Assembly: GCA_002189035.1 (NCBI GenBank)
Contig: NEEC01000016.1
Coordinates: forward strand, 1,178,001-1,242,000
From: Utricularia gibba
Lineage: Eukaryota; Plantae; Magnoliophyta
Direction: 5' to 3'
DNA length: 64,000 nt
The position numbers were made by a program, and so were the translations under genes. Positions 63,127 through 64,000 of this stretch are shown piece by piece. A model generated the notes under the pieces. That model was not told the origin of the DNA, searched no databases, and was given only the letters and a program-made list of their open reading frames with translations. Positions within the stretch are counted from its first letter, which is position 1. Every line of letters starts with the position of its first letter.

Positions 63127-63749
63127 CTTTTAGCAAATATAAACATCGAAACTGTTGATATATTTATTATTGAGAGAGTAAGTTACTCCACATGCACTCA
63201 TATTATATAGTTTATATACAATTATACTTATCAATAGTTAGTGATGATTGTATCGGTTTTATAATGAATTACTTGAATCTTGATAATATTCGATCAAAAT
63301 ATGTGATTAAAAATACTTTTACGAAATTAGATTTCCATGTCTGTAACTTTACTTTGGTATTCCTATTCCATCGACGCTCTAATTTACGCTTATGTAGTGA
63401 TCAGAAACTTTTGTGGTTGGATTTATTTGAACAAGAAGTTAACTTGTTCTATTCAACTGATTTTCGTGAAAATTGGATAGGAGGACATGTAGATCAACCT
63501 ATGACTCGAATATTACCTACAATAAAAAAAAAAATTAATCGCACCATAGTCAGTTTGACTTAAAAGCACATAATAGAATAAATAATTTCACATAAAAAAT
63601 TAAAGTAAAATAATTAAACATAGAAGATATTAATGATTATTAACATTTGATTAGATCTAATATTTTAAAATATTATTTACATTTTTTATATATTTTGGTT
63701 TTACCCACATGTTCATCCGACACATCAAATCCTTAATTTTTACATTAGT

Positions 63750-63890
63750 AGCCCAGAAAATGCAACAATCAGTTGAAAAATCGGATCTTGATGCTGGATG
63801 CAATACCAACATTTGATGGGCTGGCATGAATATGTCTGGAGGCCCAACTGTTTGGGGCCATATTGATAATTATAGGATTTAGGCCCACTG
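63750..63890. promoter_or_regulatory. Site II-rich promoter-like segment, probably for a gene outside the window
   Basis: AGCCCA, TGGGCT, GGCCCA (twice) and GGGGCC within ~140 bp. Confidence 0.4.
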
Positions 63891-64000
63891 GATTTTGCAA
63901 GATTATTATCAAGTTTGTGCAATCCCGGCGACAATCCAATGATGCCTGCAATGCGATATTAGTGATACCTATTTAAGGAAACATGTCGACCCCGACTGTA

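Noticed and set aside
63740-63951. Two short minus-strand ORFs near the window end
   Set aside because: No family match, and the segment is dense in site II motifs, which fits a promoter better.

Overview
Gene-dense eudicot nuclear DNA (possibly asterid; the species cannot be determined). It has about 17 protein-coding loci, most with short introns, one tRNA-Thr(AGT), a decayed Ty1/copia RT-RNaseH fragment and small AT-rich repeats. Gene order: SVP-like MADS (+), conserved unknown (+), VPS55 (+), RLCK-VI kinase (-), histone-fold/Gln-rich protein (+), P-class PPR (-), PL4 rhamnogalacturonan lyase (-), AAF/OSA15 (+), possible orphan remnant (-), SBT1.7-like subtilase (-), NPH3/BTB (+), SCL32-like GRAS (-), plastid-type CK2 alpha (+), class I formin (+), copia fragment, PQL3 (+), tRNA-Thr (-), BCAT (-), HAT22-like HD-Zip II (+), 5'-truncated bHLH-ACT (-). 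I see no prokaryote-type system (CRISPR, operon) and no clearly new biological system. Main observations: (1) eleven single-base deletions, each repairable by adding one base to a homopolymer run, break four otherwise intact genes between 31.2 and 54.5 kb, most likely consensus errors; (2) one of them separates the CK2 transit peptide from the kinase, which has its own in-frame Met just downstream; (3) a bHLH lacks its basic region and helix 1 but keeps an open helix2-ACT frame; (4) a GRAS gene has three introns; (5) the PPR gene appears to have a spliced 3' UTR. Exon models were built by eye from GT-AG sites and reading phase. Family names and Arabidopsis locus comparisons come from recalled protein motifs, not database searches.
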